Shown: piece by piece, positions 1 through 9,655 of the stretch | Numbering within the stretch: the first letter of the stretch is position 1 | How the letters are laid out: each line of letters starts with the position of its first letter | Origin: Candidatus Dormibacteria bacterium | GTDB taxonomy: Bacteria; Chloroflexota; Dormibacteria; Aeolococcales; Aeolococcaceae | NCBI GenBank assembly: GCA_050010655.1 | Contig: JBEKKP010000020.1 | Span: 404-64,403 of the forward strand | DNA: 64,000 nucleotides | Reading direction: 5' to 3' | Translations under genes and position numbers: made by a program | Notes under the pieces: model-generated | The model's input: the letters and a program-made list of their open reading frames with translations, nothing else | What the model was told of the DNA's origin: nothing | The model's database searches: none

Positions 1-417
1 CTTCTCGTCCTTGGCTCGCAACTCTTCGTGACGGCGCTCGACCGGACCGCGTCGGCATTGGAAATTCCGATTCTCGTGCTGTCGCTGGTCATCGTGCCCA
101 TCGCCACGGAACTGCCGGAAACGCTGAACAGCGTGCTCTGGGTGCGCACCAACGACGACGCGCTCGCGTTCGGCAATGTTGCCGGATCGGCGACCTTTCA
201 GTCGTGCGTCCTGGCTTCAATCGGCCTCGTGTTCACCACGTGGCAGCCCGGTTCTGCGGGATACATCAGTGCGACGCTCACGGTGCTCACCGCGGCATAC
301 CTGCTGGCGATGCTCTGGCGAGGCAAGGCACATGGCGCGATGCTGATGCTCGTGCTCGTTCCGTGGTTGGTCTATGTTGTGGCTCAGGTCGCGACGGCGG
401 GACGCCTGACCCTTTGA
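1..417 (+). CDS. Sodium:calcium exchanger family membrane protein (5' partial)
   Basis: Frame open from base 1; hydrophobic; alpha-repeat motifs ATELPE and AFGNVAGS. Confidence 0.75.
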   Translation, partial: LLVLGSQLFVTALDRTASALEIPILVLSLVIVPIATELPETLNSVLWVRTNDDALAFGNVAGSATFQSCVLASIGLVFTTWQPGSAGYISATLTVLTAAYLLAMLWRGKAHGAMLMLVLVPWLVYVVAQVATAGRLTL

Positions 418-420
418 GAC

Positions 421-1314
421 GTGCAGAATGCTGCGCTGATGCAGGTGCACAGTAGCGATTCCGTCGATGAGTACGCGGCCGCCGCATATAGGTTTCTCGC
501 GGAAGACCCGTGTGGTCGAAACGTGTTGCTGTCCATCATCGAGAGCGTGCGGTCCGGGGCAGGCTCATACAGCGCACCACCGAGCTTCTGGTGGGTCACC
601 GGCGACAGCGGGGACATAGTAGGCGCCGCAAGCTGGACCCCACCCTATGCGTTGCTTGTGTCAGATATGCCACCTGACGCCGCGCGAGCGGTCGCTGTGC
701 CGATGGTCGAAAGGGCCGGGGCGCTGCACCTCCAGCCGCATGGCGTGAACGGTCCGGAAGTCTCCGCTAGAGAGGTGGCAGCAGCGTGGATTGCCGCGAC
801 CGGCGACATCATCGAACGGGAACGCCTCATTCTTCTGAACGAGCTCGTGCGGCTCATCGAGGTGCCGGTACCTCCTGGTGATCGCCGCAGCGCGTCCGTA
901 GCCGACGTGCCGATGCTCGGGGAATGGCTCAAGGCGTTCGGCGCGGAGGTTGACCAGATCGTCGGTGCTGACCCGGCTGCCTTCGCGCTCCGGATTGTGC
1001 AAGCGGGAGGCTATGACCTCTGGGTCGACGGCGGAGATCCGGTGTGCGTGGTGGGTCACCGTGTCGCCGCGCGCGTGCTCCGCGTCGGACCCGTGTACAC
1101 GCCGCCCGAGCACCGCAATCGTGGATACGGTCGAAGGCTGACGTACGAAGTCACCGCCCTGGCGATGGCGCGCCCGGACGTCGATCGCGCCATGCTCTTC
1201 ACTGATGCAGCCAATCCTGTCTCAAACTCGATCTATCGACAGGCCGGCTACGAGCCGCGCGAGCGCCACACGGAGATCGAGTTCGTCCAGCGAGCCCTGG
1301 CGTCCGGACACTAG
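421..1314 (+). CDS. GNAT family N-acetyltransferase (FR47-like); start may be ATG 439
   Basis: C-terminal VGPVYTPPEHRNRGYG and LFTDAANPVSNSIYRQAGY. Confidence 0.85.
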   Translation: MQNAALMQVHSSDSVDEYAAAAYRFLAEDPCGRNVLLSIIESVRSGAGSYSAPPSFWWVTGDSGDIVGAASWTPPYALLVSDMPPDAARAVAVPMVERAGALHLQPHGVNGPEVSAREVAAAWIAATGDIIERERLILLNELVRLIEVPVPPGDRRSASVADVPMLGEWLKAFGAEVDQIVGADPAAFALRIVQAGGYDLWVDGGDPVCVVGHRVAARVLRVGPVYTPPEHRNRGYGRRLTYEVTALAMARPDVDRAMLFTDAANPVSNSIYRQAGYEPRERHTEIEFVQRALASGH

Positions 1315-1324
1315 AGTCGGCGCC

Positions 1325-2230
1325 ATGAATCTCGAAGGAAAGGTCGCGGTCGTCACCGGAAGTGGACGCGGGATCGGCCGCGCGTATGCGATGGCACTCG
1401 CGCAGGCAGGATGCGCGCTGGTCGTCAACGACGTGGACGGTGACGTCGCCGAGGAGACGGCAGACGCGATCGCGAGCGCCGGCGGGAGGGTCGTGGCAGA
1501 GGTATGCGCCGTCGGCACCACGGAGGCGGCCGACCAGCTTGTCGCGGGCGCCGTCAAGGCGTTCGGACATCTCGACATCATGTGCACCAACGCGGGCATC
1601 CTCCGCGACCGTGTCCTCTGGAACATGAGTGACGAGGATTTCGACGTCGTCATCCAGACCCATCTGCGCGGCACGTTCACATGCGCACGCGCCGCCGTGC
1701 GCCAGATGCGCGAACAGGGGACCGGGGGACGGATCGTGGTGGTCTCCTCGATCGCCGGGCAGCGCGGGAACTTCGGGCAGACGAATTACGCAGCAGCCAA
1801 GGCAGGCATCGCCGCGTACGCGCGAACCTGGGCCATGGAGTGCGCGAAGCACAACATCACGGTCAACGCGATCGTTCCCAACGCCATCACGCGGATGATC
1901 TCGACCATTCCTGGAATGGCCACGCTTGTGGAGGCCGCCGAAAAGGGCGAGCCGCTGCCGATGACGGTACGCAAGCAGATGGGCATGGGGCTCCCCGAGG
2001 ATGTGGCCCCGCTCCTGGTGTTTCTCAGCTCGGATGAGGCAGCAGGGGTCACCGGTCAATGCGTCGGTCTCGGCGGCGACAAGCTCTCACTCTGGTCGCA
2101 CCCCAAGGAGATCTCGGTCGCGTACCGCGACGGCGGCTGGACCGCAGATGCGATCGCCGAGGTCTGGTCGACGTCGGTGGGCTCCGAGCCCGAGTCCTAT
2201 GGCATCCAGTTCCTCGGCGGGACGAGCTGA
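1325..2230 (+). CDS. SDR family NAD(P)-dependent oxidoreductase
   Basis: TGSGRGIG, NAGILRD, YAAAK; start set at ATG 1325 (MNLEGKVAVV). Confidence 0.92.
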   Translation: MNLEGKVAVVTGSGRGIGRAYAMALAQAGCALVVNDVDGDVAEETADAIASAGGRVVAEVCAVGTTEAADQLVAGAVKAFGHLDIMCTNAGILRDRVLWNMSDEDFDVVIQTHLRGTFTCARAAVRQMREQGTGGRIVVVSSIAGQRGNFGQTNYAAAKAGIAAYARTWAMECAKHNITVNAIVPNAITRMISTIPGMATLVEAAEKGEPLPMTVRKQMGMGLPEDVAPLLVFLSSDEAAGVTGQCVGLGGDKLSLWSHPKEISVAYRDGGWTADAIAEVWSTSVGSEPESYGIQFLGGTS

Positions 2231-2238
2231 GCCGACGG

Positions 2239-3000
2239 TCAGGGCGCGCCGGGCTGAGGCTCTGGCGGATTGAGCACGGGCTCAGGCGGATCGGACAGTG
2301 GCTCCGGGGAATCATCGCTCGCCTCCGGAGAATGTCCACCGATGAACAACGCCGCGAGGTTGTAGACGACCGCGACGAGCAGGATCACCTCGGCTACCAG
2401 TAGTCCCGTTCCCGGGTTCACGTTGAACAGTGACGCCGGGTCGATTCCCGGCACACTCGATCCTTCGGACGACGAGATCTTCGACAGCAGCAGATCGCGG
2501 ACGTGGAACTGATCGAGGACCAAAAGCGCTCCGGCGCCGGCCGCGAAGATCACCGTGACCAGCGCCCTGCTTCTTGCCGCAAGCCCGCCGAGGAACCCCG
2601 CAGAGGCGAAGATCAGCCCGAGGACGAGCGTCAGCAGGGCAAGAAACGCGAGGAATTGCGGGCCCAGATTCGCCGAGGAGGTGTCAGCACCGGCCGCGTT
2701 GTTCTGGTTGCAGGCTGCAGGCACCGACCCGATCACCGGATCCTTGCCAAACGCGAGCTGCCAGCCGTTGTACGTGAGGATGTTCACGCCGTTCAGCGCG
2801 TTGATGCAGGCGGTGACCTGTGCGCCCTCCGCAGCGGTCACACCCTGCGACGCATCGATCGATCCGAGCGCGGATTTGGTGGTCGCCGTGTTGCATGACA
2901 CGCCCGCGAATGCCAGGAAAAACGTGAGGATGACCAGCAGGAAGAGGAATGGGCTGACCCGCCGCGCGCCGGGCTCGCCGGCAAAAGAGGAAACGGTCAC
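2239..3000 (-). CDS. Hypothetical multi-pass membrane protein with Pro-rich C-terminus
   Basis: About 4 hydrophobic segments; PEP repeats at the C-terminus; fills the gap downstream of csaA. Confidence 0.7.
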   Translation of the reverse strand: MTVSSFAGEPGARRVSPFLFLLVILTFFLAFAGVSCNTATTKSALGSIDASQGVTAAEGAQVTACINALNGVNILTYNGWQLAFGKDPVIGSVPAACNQNNAAGADTSSANLGPQFLAFLALLTLVLGLIFASAGFLGGLAARSRALVTVIFAAGAGALLVLDQFHVRDLLLSKISSSEGSSVPGIDPASLFNVNPGTGLLVAEVILLVAVVYNLAALFIGGHSPEASDDSPEPLSDPPEPVLNPPEPQPGAP

Positions 3001-3021
3001 GAACGCACGGCGCAGGGCATG

Positions 3022-3381
3022 TCAGCCGACACGATCGCCGGGGGCGCAGGGATGATCGGGGCGCAGCAGCACCACGCGGTCGGAGCCTTCCTGGTACACG
3101 CCGAGGACGAGCACCTCGCTTCGAACCGGTCCGACCTGCCGGGCCGGCAGGTTCACGACGGCGACGACACTGCTTCCGGTGAGCTCGTCGGGCGTGTAGA
3201 GATCGGTCAGCCGCGCTGACGATCGCAATGTCCCGAGCGGCCCGAAGTCGATAACCATGCGGTATGCCGGGCGCCGGGCCTCGGGGAAGGTCTCGCATCG
3301 CACCACGGTTCCCACCCGGATGTCGACGGCGAAGAACTGGTCCGCGTCGATCTCCGCCGACGCGGTCGGCTCTCCACTCAC
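3022..3381 (-). CDS. csaA: tRNA-binding / secretion chaperone CsaA (OB fold)
   Basis: VDIRVGTV, IDFGPLG, SSARLT, VVNLPARQVGPVRSEVLVLG. Confidence 0.88.
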   Translation of the reverse strand: MSGEPTASAEIDADQFFAVDIRVGTVVRCETFPEARRPAYRMVIDFGPLGTLRSSARLTDLYTPDELTGSSVVAVVNLPARQVGPVRSEVLVLGVYQEGSDRVVLLRPDHPCAPGDRVG

Positions 3382-3455
3382 GCGTCGCAGTGTATCGGCA
3401 CACCTATACTCGCCCGCGATACCTCACCTCGTTCGGAGGGAACGTCATCGCGCGC

Positions 3456-4136
3456 TTGCGCCGCCTCGCAGCAGTCTCGACGGCAGTGCTGTTGCTCAGC
3501 GCGTGCGGCGGGCCATCGATCAACTCGGCATCGCTGTTGAAGACGGCCAAGGGCGTCCTCGACAGCGCGTCGTCATTCCACTTCGTGCTCACCAGCGCCA
3601 ACGTGACGGGGTCCGGGGCACAACTCACCGGCGGGAATGGGGACATGAAGCGGCCGGACAGCATGTCCGGGACGCTCCAGGTATCCATCTTCGGTCTGGC
3701 CCTGAGCGTGCCGGTCGTCTCCATTGGTGGCGTGTTCTCCGTCAAGTTGCCGACCGGTTCGGGCTTCACGTCGGCGAACCCCTCCGACTACGGTTTCGCC
3801 GACCCCGCAAAGCTGATCGACCCGACGACGGGCCTTTCTTCGCTGCTGCTCAAATGCCAGTCGCCGCAGGTGGAGAGCGACGACCGCTACAACGGCGAGG
3901 CGCTCCACGAGATCGGATGCTCGCTCCCCGGGAGTGCTGTGGCGGCGCTGCTCACCAGCGCTGACGCGTCCAAGAGCGTTACTGCCACATTTGGCATCGA
4001 CACCAGCACCAGTCAACTCCGGCGGGTGGTGCTCACCGGTCCCTTCATCAGCGCCAGCTCCGACACCACCTACACGCTCGTTCTTACCAACTATGGCGAG
4101 AACGTGTCAGTGACGCCGCCGCCCGCCAGCGGGTGA
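3456..4136 (+). CDS. LppX/LprAFG family lipoprotein (start approximate)
   Basis: GGAGG upstream; lipobox LLLSAC; SFHFVL...DPAKLIDPTTGLSSLL...YGENVSVTPP pattern; coupled to an MFS gene. Confidence 0.75.
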   Translation: MRRLAAVSTAVLLLSACGGPSINSASLLKTAKGVLDSASSFHFVLTSANVTGSGAQLTGGNGDMKRPDSMSGTLQVSIFGLALSVPVVSIGGVFSVKLPTGSGFTSANPSDYGFADPAKLIDPTTGLSSLLLKCQSPQVESDDRYNGEALHEIGCSLPGSAVAALLTSADASKSVTATFGIDTSTSQLRRVVLTGPFISASSDTTYTLVLTNYGENVSVTPPPASG

Positions 4137-5902
4137 ACACGCGCCGCCGCTGGATCCTCGCCATCGCGGCGGTGTCGGTGCTCGTTGCCGCGATGGACAC
4201 CTACGTCGTGGTCCTGGCCCTGCCGGCGATCATGCAGCAGGTCGGTATCGGCATCGACCAGCTCCAGGCCGCGACCCCGATCGTCAGCGGCTTTCTCCTT
4301 GGCTACGTCGTGGTCATGCCGCTCCTGGGAAGGCTGTCCGACCTGTACGGCAGGCGGCCACTCCTGTTGCTGTGCCTCGCGATCTTTGCGGGAGGGTCGC
4401 TCGTGACCGCGTCAGCGACCGACCTGGGTTCGGTGGTCACCGGTCGGGCCCTGCAAGGTCTCGGCGGGGGCGGGCTCGTGCCGGTGACCCTCGCGCTCGT
4501 GGCCGACCTCTGGCCACCCGAGCGGCGGAGCGTGCCACTGGGGATCATCGGCGGAGTCCAGGAGCTGGGAAGCGTCCTCGGTCCGCTCTACGGCGGGTTG
4601 ATTCTCACCATCGCCACCTGGCAGACGATCTTCTGGCTCAACGTGCCGATCGCAGGAGCGCTCGCGCTCGGACTGGTGGCCGTGCGGGCGACATCCGCGC
4701 AAGCGCCGGAGGAGCGAGCGGCGCCGAAGCGGCGGCTCGACCGCGTATCCGTCTCACTCGCCGCGCTGGCGCTTGTGGCCGGATGTCTCTCGATCGCGTC
4801 GCCGGCCGCGCTCCGCAACAACGACACGATCGGCCTGGCGTACAGCGCGCTGGCTGGATTGGTCTGGCTCACCCCCATTGCCCTGGTGGCTGCCGGAGCC
4901 GCGATTGCCTTCGTTCTCTGGGAGCTTCGCGGCCACACGGCAACCCGGGCGCTGATTCCTGTGAGACGACTGCCCGACGTCGCCGCCGTTGTGGACTGGC
5001 CCGGGGCCGTGCTCCTCGGGATCGCGCTCTCGACGATCATCGTCAGCTTCTCCGCGCAGGACCCGTCGACCGGCGCGATCTCGCCTGCGGCGATCTGGCT
5101 CCTCCCGCTCGGCGCCCTGTCTGCCGTGTGCTTCGTCGTGAGAGAGCGCCGCGCCCGGCATCCGCTCATCGCCGCGGGCGAACTGCGTTCGACAGGCGCG
5201 TACGGGGCGCTACTCACCAACCTCGCAGTCGGTGCTGCGCTGATGGCCGCTCTCCTCGACATCCCGGTGCTCGCCCGGGCGACGGTTGACCCGAACTCGC
5301 AGCTCGGCGCCGCGCTCGTGCTGCTACGCCTGCTCATCGGCGTCCCGATTGGGGCCGTGGCCGGCGGCTGGCTCGCGCAGCGCCTGGGAAACCGGCTCGT
5401 CGCCGGAATCGGGATGGCGCTCGCCGCCGTCGCGTTCCTCGCAATGACCCGCTGGACTGCAACGACTCTCGGCGACCCTTTCGGTCCCGGCTGGCTGCAT
5501 CCGAGCGACCCTGTGCTTCTCGCGTGCGGCCTCGGCTTCGGACTCGCGATCGCGCCGGTCAACGGCTCCATGCTCGCTTCGGTCCGTGAGCAGATGCACG
5601 GCCTGGCGTCGGCGCTGGTGGTCGTGGCGCGCATGATCGGGATGCTCGTGGGCATCTCCATCCTCACCGCCGTGAGCCTGCACATCTTCTACACGTCGTC
5701 CTCGGCGTTCCCATCGCCATCGGCGTTGTGCCCGAAAGCCCCGCTCAACTGCCCGCCCTATGAGCAAGACGTGACCACCGCCATCGTCACCGAGCTTCAT
5801 GCCGTCTTCCTCGGTGCCGCACTCAGTGCCGGGCTGGCGGCAGTCCTCGCGCTCTCGCTGCTTCGCGGCGGACAGCGGCGCCCTGTGGCCGCGGCCTCAT
5901 GA
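4133..5902 (+). CDS. DHA2-type MFS transporter (P55/Rv1410c-like)
   Basis: AAMDTYVVV, LLGYVVVMPLLGRLSDLYGR, GRALQGLGGG, GGVQELGSVLGPLYG, VVVARMIGMLVG. Confidence 0.88.
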   Translation: MNTRRRWILAIAAVSVLVAAMDTYVVVLALPAIMQQVGIGIDQLQAATPIVSGFLLGYVVVMPLLGRLSDLYGRRPLLLLCLAIFAGGSLVTASATDLGSVVTGRALQGLGGGGLVPVTLALVADLWPPERRSVPLGIIGGVQELGSVLGPLYGGLILTIATWQTIFWLNVPIAGALALGLVAVRATSAQAPEERAAPKRRLDRVSVSLAALALVAGCLSIASPAALRNNDTIGLAYSALAGLVWLTPIALVAAGAAIAFVLWELRGHTATRALIPVRRLPDVAAVVDWPGAVLLGIALSTIIVSFSAQDPSTGAISPAAIWLLPLGALSAVCFVVRERRARHPLIAAGELRSTGAYGALLTNLAVGAALMAALLDIPVLARATVDPNSQLGAALVLLRLLIGVPIGAVAGGWLAQRLGNRLVAGIGMALAAVAFLAMTRWTATTLGDPFGPGWLHPSDPVLLACGLGFGLAIAPVNGSMLASVREQMHGLASALVVVARMIGMLVGISILTAVSLHIFYTSSSAFPSPSALCPKAPLNCPPYEQDVTTAIVTELHAVFLGAALSAGLAAVLALSLLRGGQRRPVAAAS

Positions 5903-7296
5903 GCGCCACGGTCCGCGAGGTCATCCCGGAATCGCCGGATCTCGAGGATCTCCTCGAGGCGATCGCCGCCGCCGCGCGCCACCTTGACGTCGAGGTCTAC
6001 CTCGTCGGGGGCTTCGTGCGCGACCGCCTCCTTGGCGGCGCGCAGGGCAAGGACATCGACCTCGTCACGGTCGATATCGACCCCATGTCGCTTCTTGCGG
6101 AGGTCGCGCGCCGATTCGGCTGGCATCCTCCGGAGCGTTTCGAGCGCTTCGGGACGGCCCAGATCCGTGGTGGCCCGTACATCGTCGAAGGCGTCCGCGC
6201 CCGCGCCGAGCGGTACGACCCCGAGTCGCGCAACCCGGATGTCCGGCCGGGGACTCTCAAAGAAGACGTGATGCGCCGCGACTTCACGGTGAATGCGCTC
6301 TGCCAGAGCCTCGAAGGCGAGGTGATCGACATCACCGGCCTGGGGTTGACCGACCTGCTTGCCGGGGTGTTGCGGACGCCGCTCGATCCCGCGGAGACCT
6401 TCGCCGAGGATCCGTTGCGCATGTACCGGGCAGCGCGGTTCGTCGCCCGGCTCGGCTTCGCGCTCGCGCCCGGGACGATCGAGGCGATGCGCGCGCAGGC
6501 GACGCGAACATCGATCCTCTCGGTCGAAAGGGTCAGCGACGAGATCCGCCGCATGCTCGTGGCCCCACATGCGAGCGCGGGCATCGCAGTGCTCCAGGAG
6601 GCAGGGCTGCTCGAACAGGTCCTCCCCGAGCTCGTGGCCGGAATCGGCATCGAGCAGGGCGGATATCACACGTACGACGTCTACGGACACACGCTCGCGA
6701 CGGTGGACTTTGCGGCCTCCGACCTGGTGACCCGCACCGCGGCGCTGCTCCACGACATCGCCAAGCCGCCCACCCATGTGATCGCACCCGACGGACGGCA
6801 CACCTTCTACGACCATCCGCAGATCGGTGCCGACATGGCCCGGACGATCCTGACCCGCTGGCGCTACAGCAACGACGAGATCAGCGACGTGAGCCGGCTG
6901 GTCCGCCTCCACCTGCGCCCGATCCAGTACGACCGCGAGTCCTTCAGCGACGCCGCGGTTCGCCGCCTGATCCGGGACGCGGGGCCGCTTCGCGACCGCA
7001 TGCTCGACCTGGCGCGCGCCGACACCCGCGCGTCCGCCTACCCGACCCTCGAGGAGCTGGACGAGCTCGGCGAGCGGATGGCGCGGCTCGACGCCGGCGG
7101 CGTCGTGTCTGCAATGGCCGACCCGCTCACCGGCGACGAAATCATGGCGCTGGCCGGACGCGGTCCCGGTCCCTGGGTGGGACTGGCGAAGGCAGCCATC
7201 CGCGATGCCGTCATCGAGGGCACGATTCCGCCGGGCGACCGTGCGCGCGCTCGCGAATGGATCGAGGCGCACACTGAGCTCCTGACCGGCGACTGA
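5899..7296 (+). CDS. cca: CCA tRNA nucleotidyltransferase with HD domain
   Basis: LVGGFVRD, DIDL, RRDFTVNA, EDPLRMYRAARF, ALLHDIAKP. Confidence 0.9.
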   Translation: MSATVREVIPESPDLEDLLEAIAAAARHLDVEVYLVGGFVRDRLLGGAQGKDIDLVTVDIDPMSLLAEVARRFGWHPPERFERFGTAQIRGGPYIVEGVRARAERYDPESRNPDVRPGTLKEDVMRRDFTVNALCQSLEGEVIDITGLGLTDLLAGVLRTPLDPAETFAEDPLRMYRAARFVARLGFALAPGTIEAMRAQATRTSILSVERVSDEIRRMLVAPHASAGIAVLQEAGLLEQVLPELVAGIGIEQGGYHTYDVYGHTLATVDFAASDLVTRTAALLHDIAKPPTHVIAPDGRHTFYDHPQIGADMARTILTRWRYSNDEISDVSRLVRLHLRPIQYDRESFSDAAVRRLIRDAGPLRDRMLDLARADTRASAYPTLEELDELGERMARLDAGGVVSAMADPLTGDEIMALAGRGPGPWVGLAKAAIRDAVIEGTIPPGDRARAREWIEAHTELLTGD

Positions 7297-7374
7297 ACGC
7301 ACACCCGTGTGGGGCTGTGACGTCCGTAGCGCCGATAGGGAGCAACGGCAACAAAGTAGAATGCGCGGTCCGAG

Positions 7375-7755
7375 ATGTTGAGCAAGATCCGTAGTGCCAA
7401 ACGCCTTTTCGTCGACCTGCCGCGCATGCTGCGGCTGGCGTACTGCCTCATGTTCGACGCGCGCGTCCCTGCGTACATGAAGTTCGCGTTCGGTGGTGGA
7501 CTTGCGTTGATCGCCCTGCCGGTCGTCGATCTTCCGGAGTCGCTACCAGTCGTCGGTGAGCTCGACGTCCTGGCCTTGAGCCTGCTCGCGACCCGCGCGT
7601 TCATCGCCGCGTGTCCCCGGCACATCGTTGCCGAGCAGGAGGAGTTGATCACCCAGCGGCGGAGCCGCTTTGACGACGACGTCCGCAACGGGGAGCGCAT
7701 CGCCCTGATGATCTACCGGCGCCTGCGTCCAGAAGAGCAGGAGGCGCTTGTATGA
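7375..7755 (+). CDS. DUF1232 (YkvA-like) small membrane protein
   Basis: DARVP...DLPESLPVVGELD pattern; overlaps the rplI start. Confidence 0.65.
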   Translation: MLSKIRSAKRLFVDLPRMLRLAYCLMFDARVPAYMKFAFGGGLALIALPVVDLPESLPVVGELDVLALSLLATRAFIAACPRHIVAEQEELITQRRSRFDDDVRNGERIALMIYRRLRPEEQEALV

Positions 7756-8198
7756 AAGTACTGTTTCTGAAAGAAGTGGCAGGAACTGCCAAGCCCGGCG
7801 ATGTGCGCGAGGTGTCCCCGGGATACGCGCGCAACTTCCTGTTCCCGCAGCACCTCGCGGTGATCGCGGACCAGAACACCGTCGACCAGATTCGCCGCCG
7901 CGAGGAGGCGACCCGCCGCCGTGTGGAGAAGGCACTGATCGACGCCAAGGAGACGGCGCAGCGGCTGCGCAAGCTCACCGTCACCGTGTACGCGAAGGCG
8001 GGCGAGGCCGGTCGTCTCTTCGGCACCGTCACCACCGCCGACGTTGCCAAGCAGCTCAAGCGCGAGGCGGGGATCGACATCGACAAGCGGAAGATCGAGA
8101 TCGATCCGCCGATCCGCTCGCTCGGCCCACACGAAGCCACCATCGAGCTCCATCCGGAGGTCACGGAGACACTCAAGGTCGTCGTCGCCGCGCAATGA
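7752..8198 (+). CDS. rplI: 50S ribosomal protein L9
   Basis: MKVLFLKEV, GYARNFLFP, GRLFGTVT, IDKRKI. Confidence 0.97.
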   Translation: MKVLFLKEVAGTAKPGDVREVSPGYARNFLFPQHLAVIADQNTVDQIRRREEATRRRVEKALIDAKETAQRLRKLTVTVYAKAGEAGRLFGTVTTADVAKQLKREAGIDIDKRKIEIDPPIRSLGPHEATIELHPEVTETLKVVVAAQ

Positions 8199-9583
8199 CG
8201 TCCTTCCCGCAGACCGAGCTCGTGGGACGCGGGGCTCCGGCGGGAGCTGGGCCCGCACGTGTGGCGCCGCACGACAACGACGCAGAGCAGGCGGTGCTCG
8301 GCGGCATCCTCATCGATCGCGAAGCGCTCGCTGTCGTTCGCGATGTCCTCGTGCCGGAGGACTTCTACGCGGAGCGGCACGCAGTCCTGTATCGGGCGGC
8401 ACTGGCGCTGGACGATCGCGGTGAGGCGATCGATACCGTCACCTTGCGCGACCAGCTCGAGCGCGGGCCCGGGATCGGCAGAGCGGGCGGCATGGACTAC
8501 ATCGCCGAGCTCACGCTTGTCGTCCCAAGCTCCGCGAGTGTCAAGCACTACGCGGACATCGTCATCGGGCATGCGCTCCGGCGCCGCCTCATCGACGCCG
8601 GCGGGAGGGTGAGCCGGCTCGGCTTCGACAACTCAACGCCGGTGGCCGACGCGATCGACCTGGCCGAGCAAGAGGTGTTCAAGATCGGCCAGGAGAGCCG
8701 CGGCTCGGAGATGCGCAACATCGCCCCGGTGGTGCGCGAGTGGTGGGACGCCCTCGAGCACCGGATCGAGAACAAGCAGCTCGTGACCGGCGTGCCGACG
8801 AACTTCTCGAAGCTCGACATGCTTACCCAGGGCCTCCAACCGGGAGAGCTCGTCATCCTCGCGGCTCGCCCGGCGGTCGGCAAGACGTCCTTCGCCCTGA
8901 ACATCGCGCGCAACGCCGCAGTGCTCGCGGGAAGGCCGGTCGTGGTGTTCTCGCTCGAGATGTCGCGTCAGTCACTCGTGCAGCGGCTCATCTGCAGTGA
9001 GGCGCACGTCGACTCGTACATGCTCCGCAGCGGCCAGGCGGACGCGATGGCATTCCAGAAGATCGCCAAGGCGATGGACACTCTCACGCATGCCGATCTC
9101 TGGATCGACGATTCCCCGGGGCTTGCCATCAACACGCTTCGGGCCCGCGCGCGAAGGATGAAGTCGCAGCACAAGATCGAATTGATCGTCATCGACTACC
9201 TGCAGCTGATGCAGGGCGGCAGGCGCGATTCACGGGTGCAGGAGGTCTCGGACATCTCCTCGGGGCTGAAGGCGATCGCCAAGGAGCTCGACGTGCCGGT
9301 GCTCGCGCTCTCCCAGCTCTCGAGAGCGGCCGAGCAACGCGAGAACAAGCGTCCGCAGCTCAGCGACCTTCGCGACAGCGGCTCGATCGAGCAGGACGCA
9401 GACGTCGTGCTCTTCCTCTATCGCGAGGGGATGCACAACCGCGATATCGACCGGGGCAAGACCGAGCTCATCGTGGCCAAGAACCGCAACGGGCCGGTGG
9501 CCGACCTCGATCTCGTCTTCATCGCCGAGCAGACCGCCTTCCGCGAGCCATATCTCGCGGCGAGTGACACGCCGAGCGCATAA
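8195..9583 (+). CDS. dnaB: Replicative DNA helicase DnaB
   Basis: PHDNDAEQAVLG, AARPAVGKT, IDYLQL, LRDSGSIEQDAD, KNRNG; ATG overlaps the rplI stop. Confidence 0.97.
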   Translation: MTSFPQTELVGRGAPAGAGPARVAPHDNDAEQAVLGGILIDREALAVVRDVLVPEDFYAERHAVLYRAALALDDRGEAIDTVTLRDQLERGPGIGRAGGMDYIAELTLVVPSSASVKHYADIVIGHALRRRLIDAGGRVSRLGFDNSTPVADAIDLAEQEVFKIGQESRGSEMRNIAPVVREWWDALEHRIENKQLVTGVPTNFSKLDMLTQGLQPGELVILAARPAVGKTSFALNIARNAAVLAGRPVVVFSLEMSRQSLVQRLICSEAHVDSYMLRSGQADAMAFQKIAKAMDTLTHADLWIDDSPGLAINTLRARARRMKSQHKIELIVIDYLQLMQGGRRDSRVQEVSDISSGLKAIAKELDVPVLALSQLSRAAEQRENKRPQLSDLRDSGSIEQDADVVLFLYREGMHNRDIDRGKTELIVAKNRNGPVADLDLVFIAEQTAFREPYLAASDTPSA

Positions 9584-9655
9584 CCCGTCGCGCGGAACCG
9601 TCGTGGTGTCACGGTCCGGCCAATGACAAGAAGTGGACAGGTCAACCCTGCTTCA

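Noticed and set aside
7748-8194. N-terminal extension or intein in DnaB (611-aa ORF)
   Set aside because: The extension is an off-frame reading of rplI; DnaB motifs are contiguous from ATG 8195 with no intein
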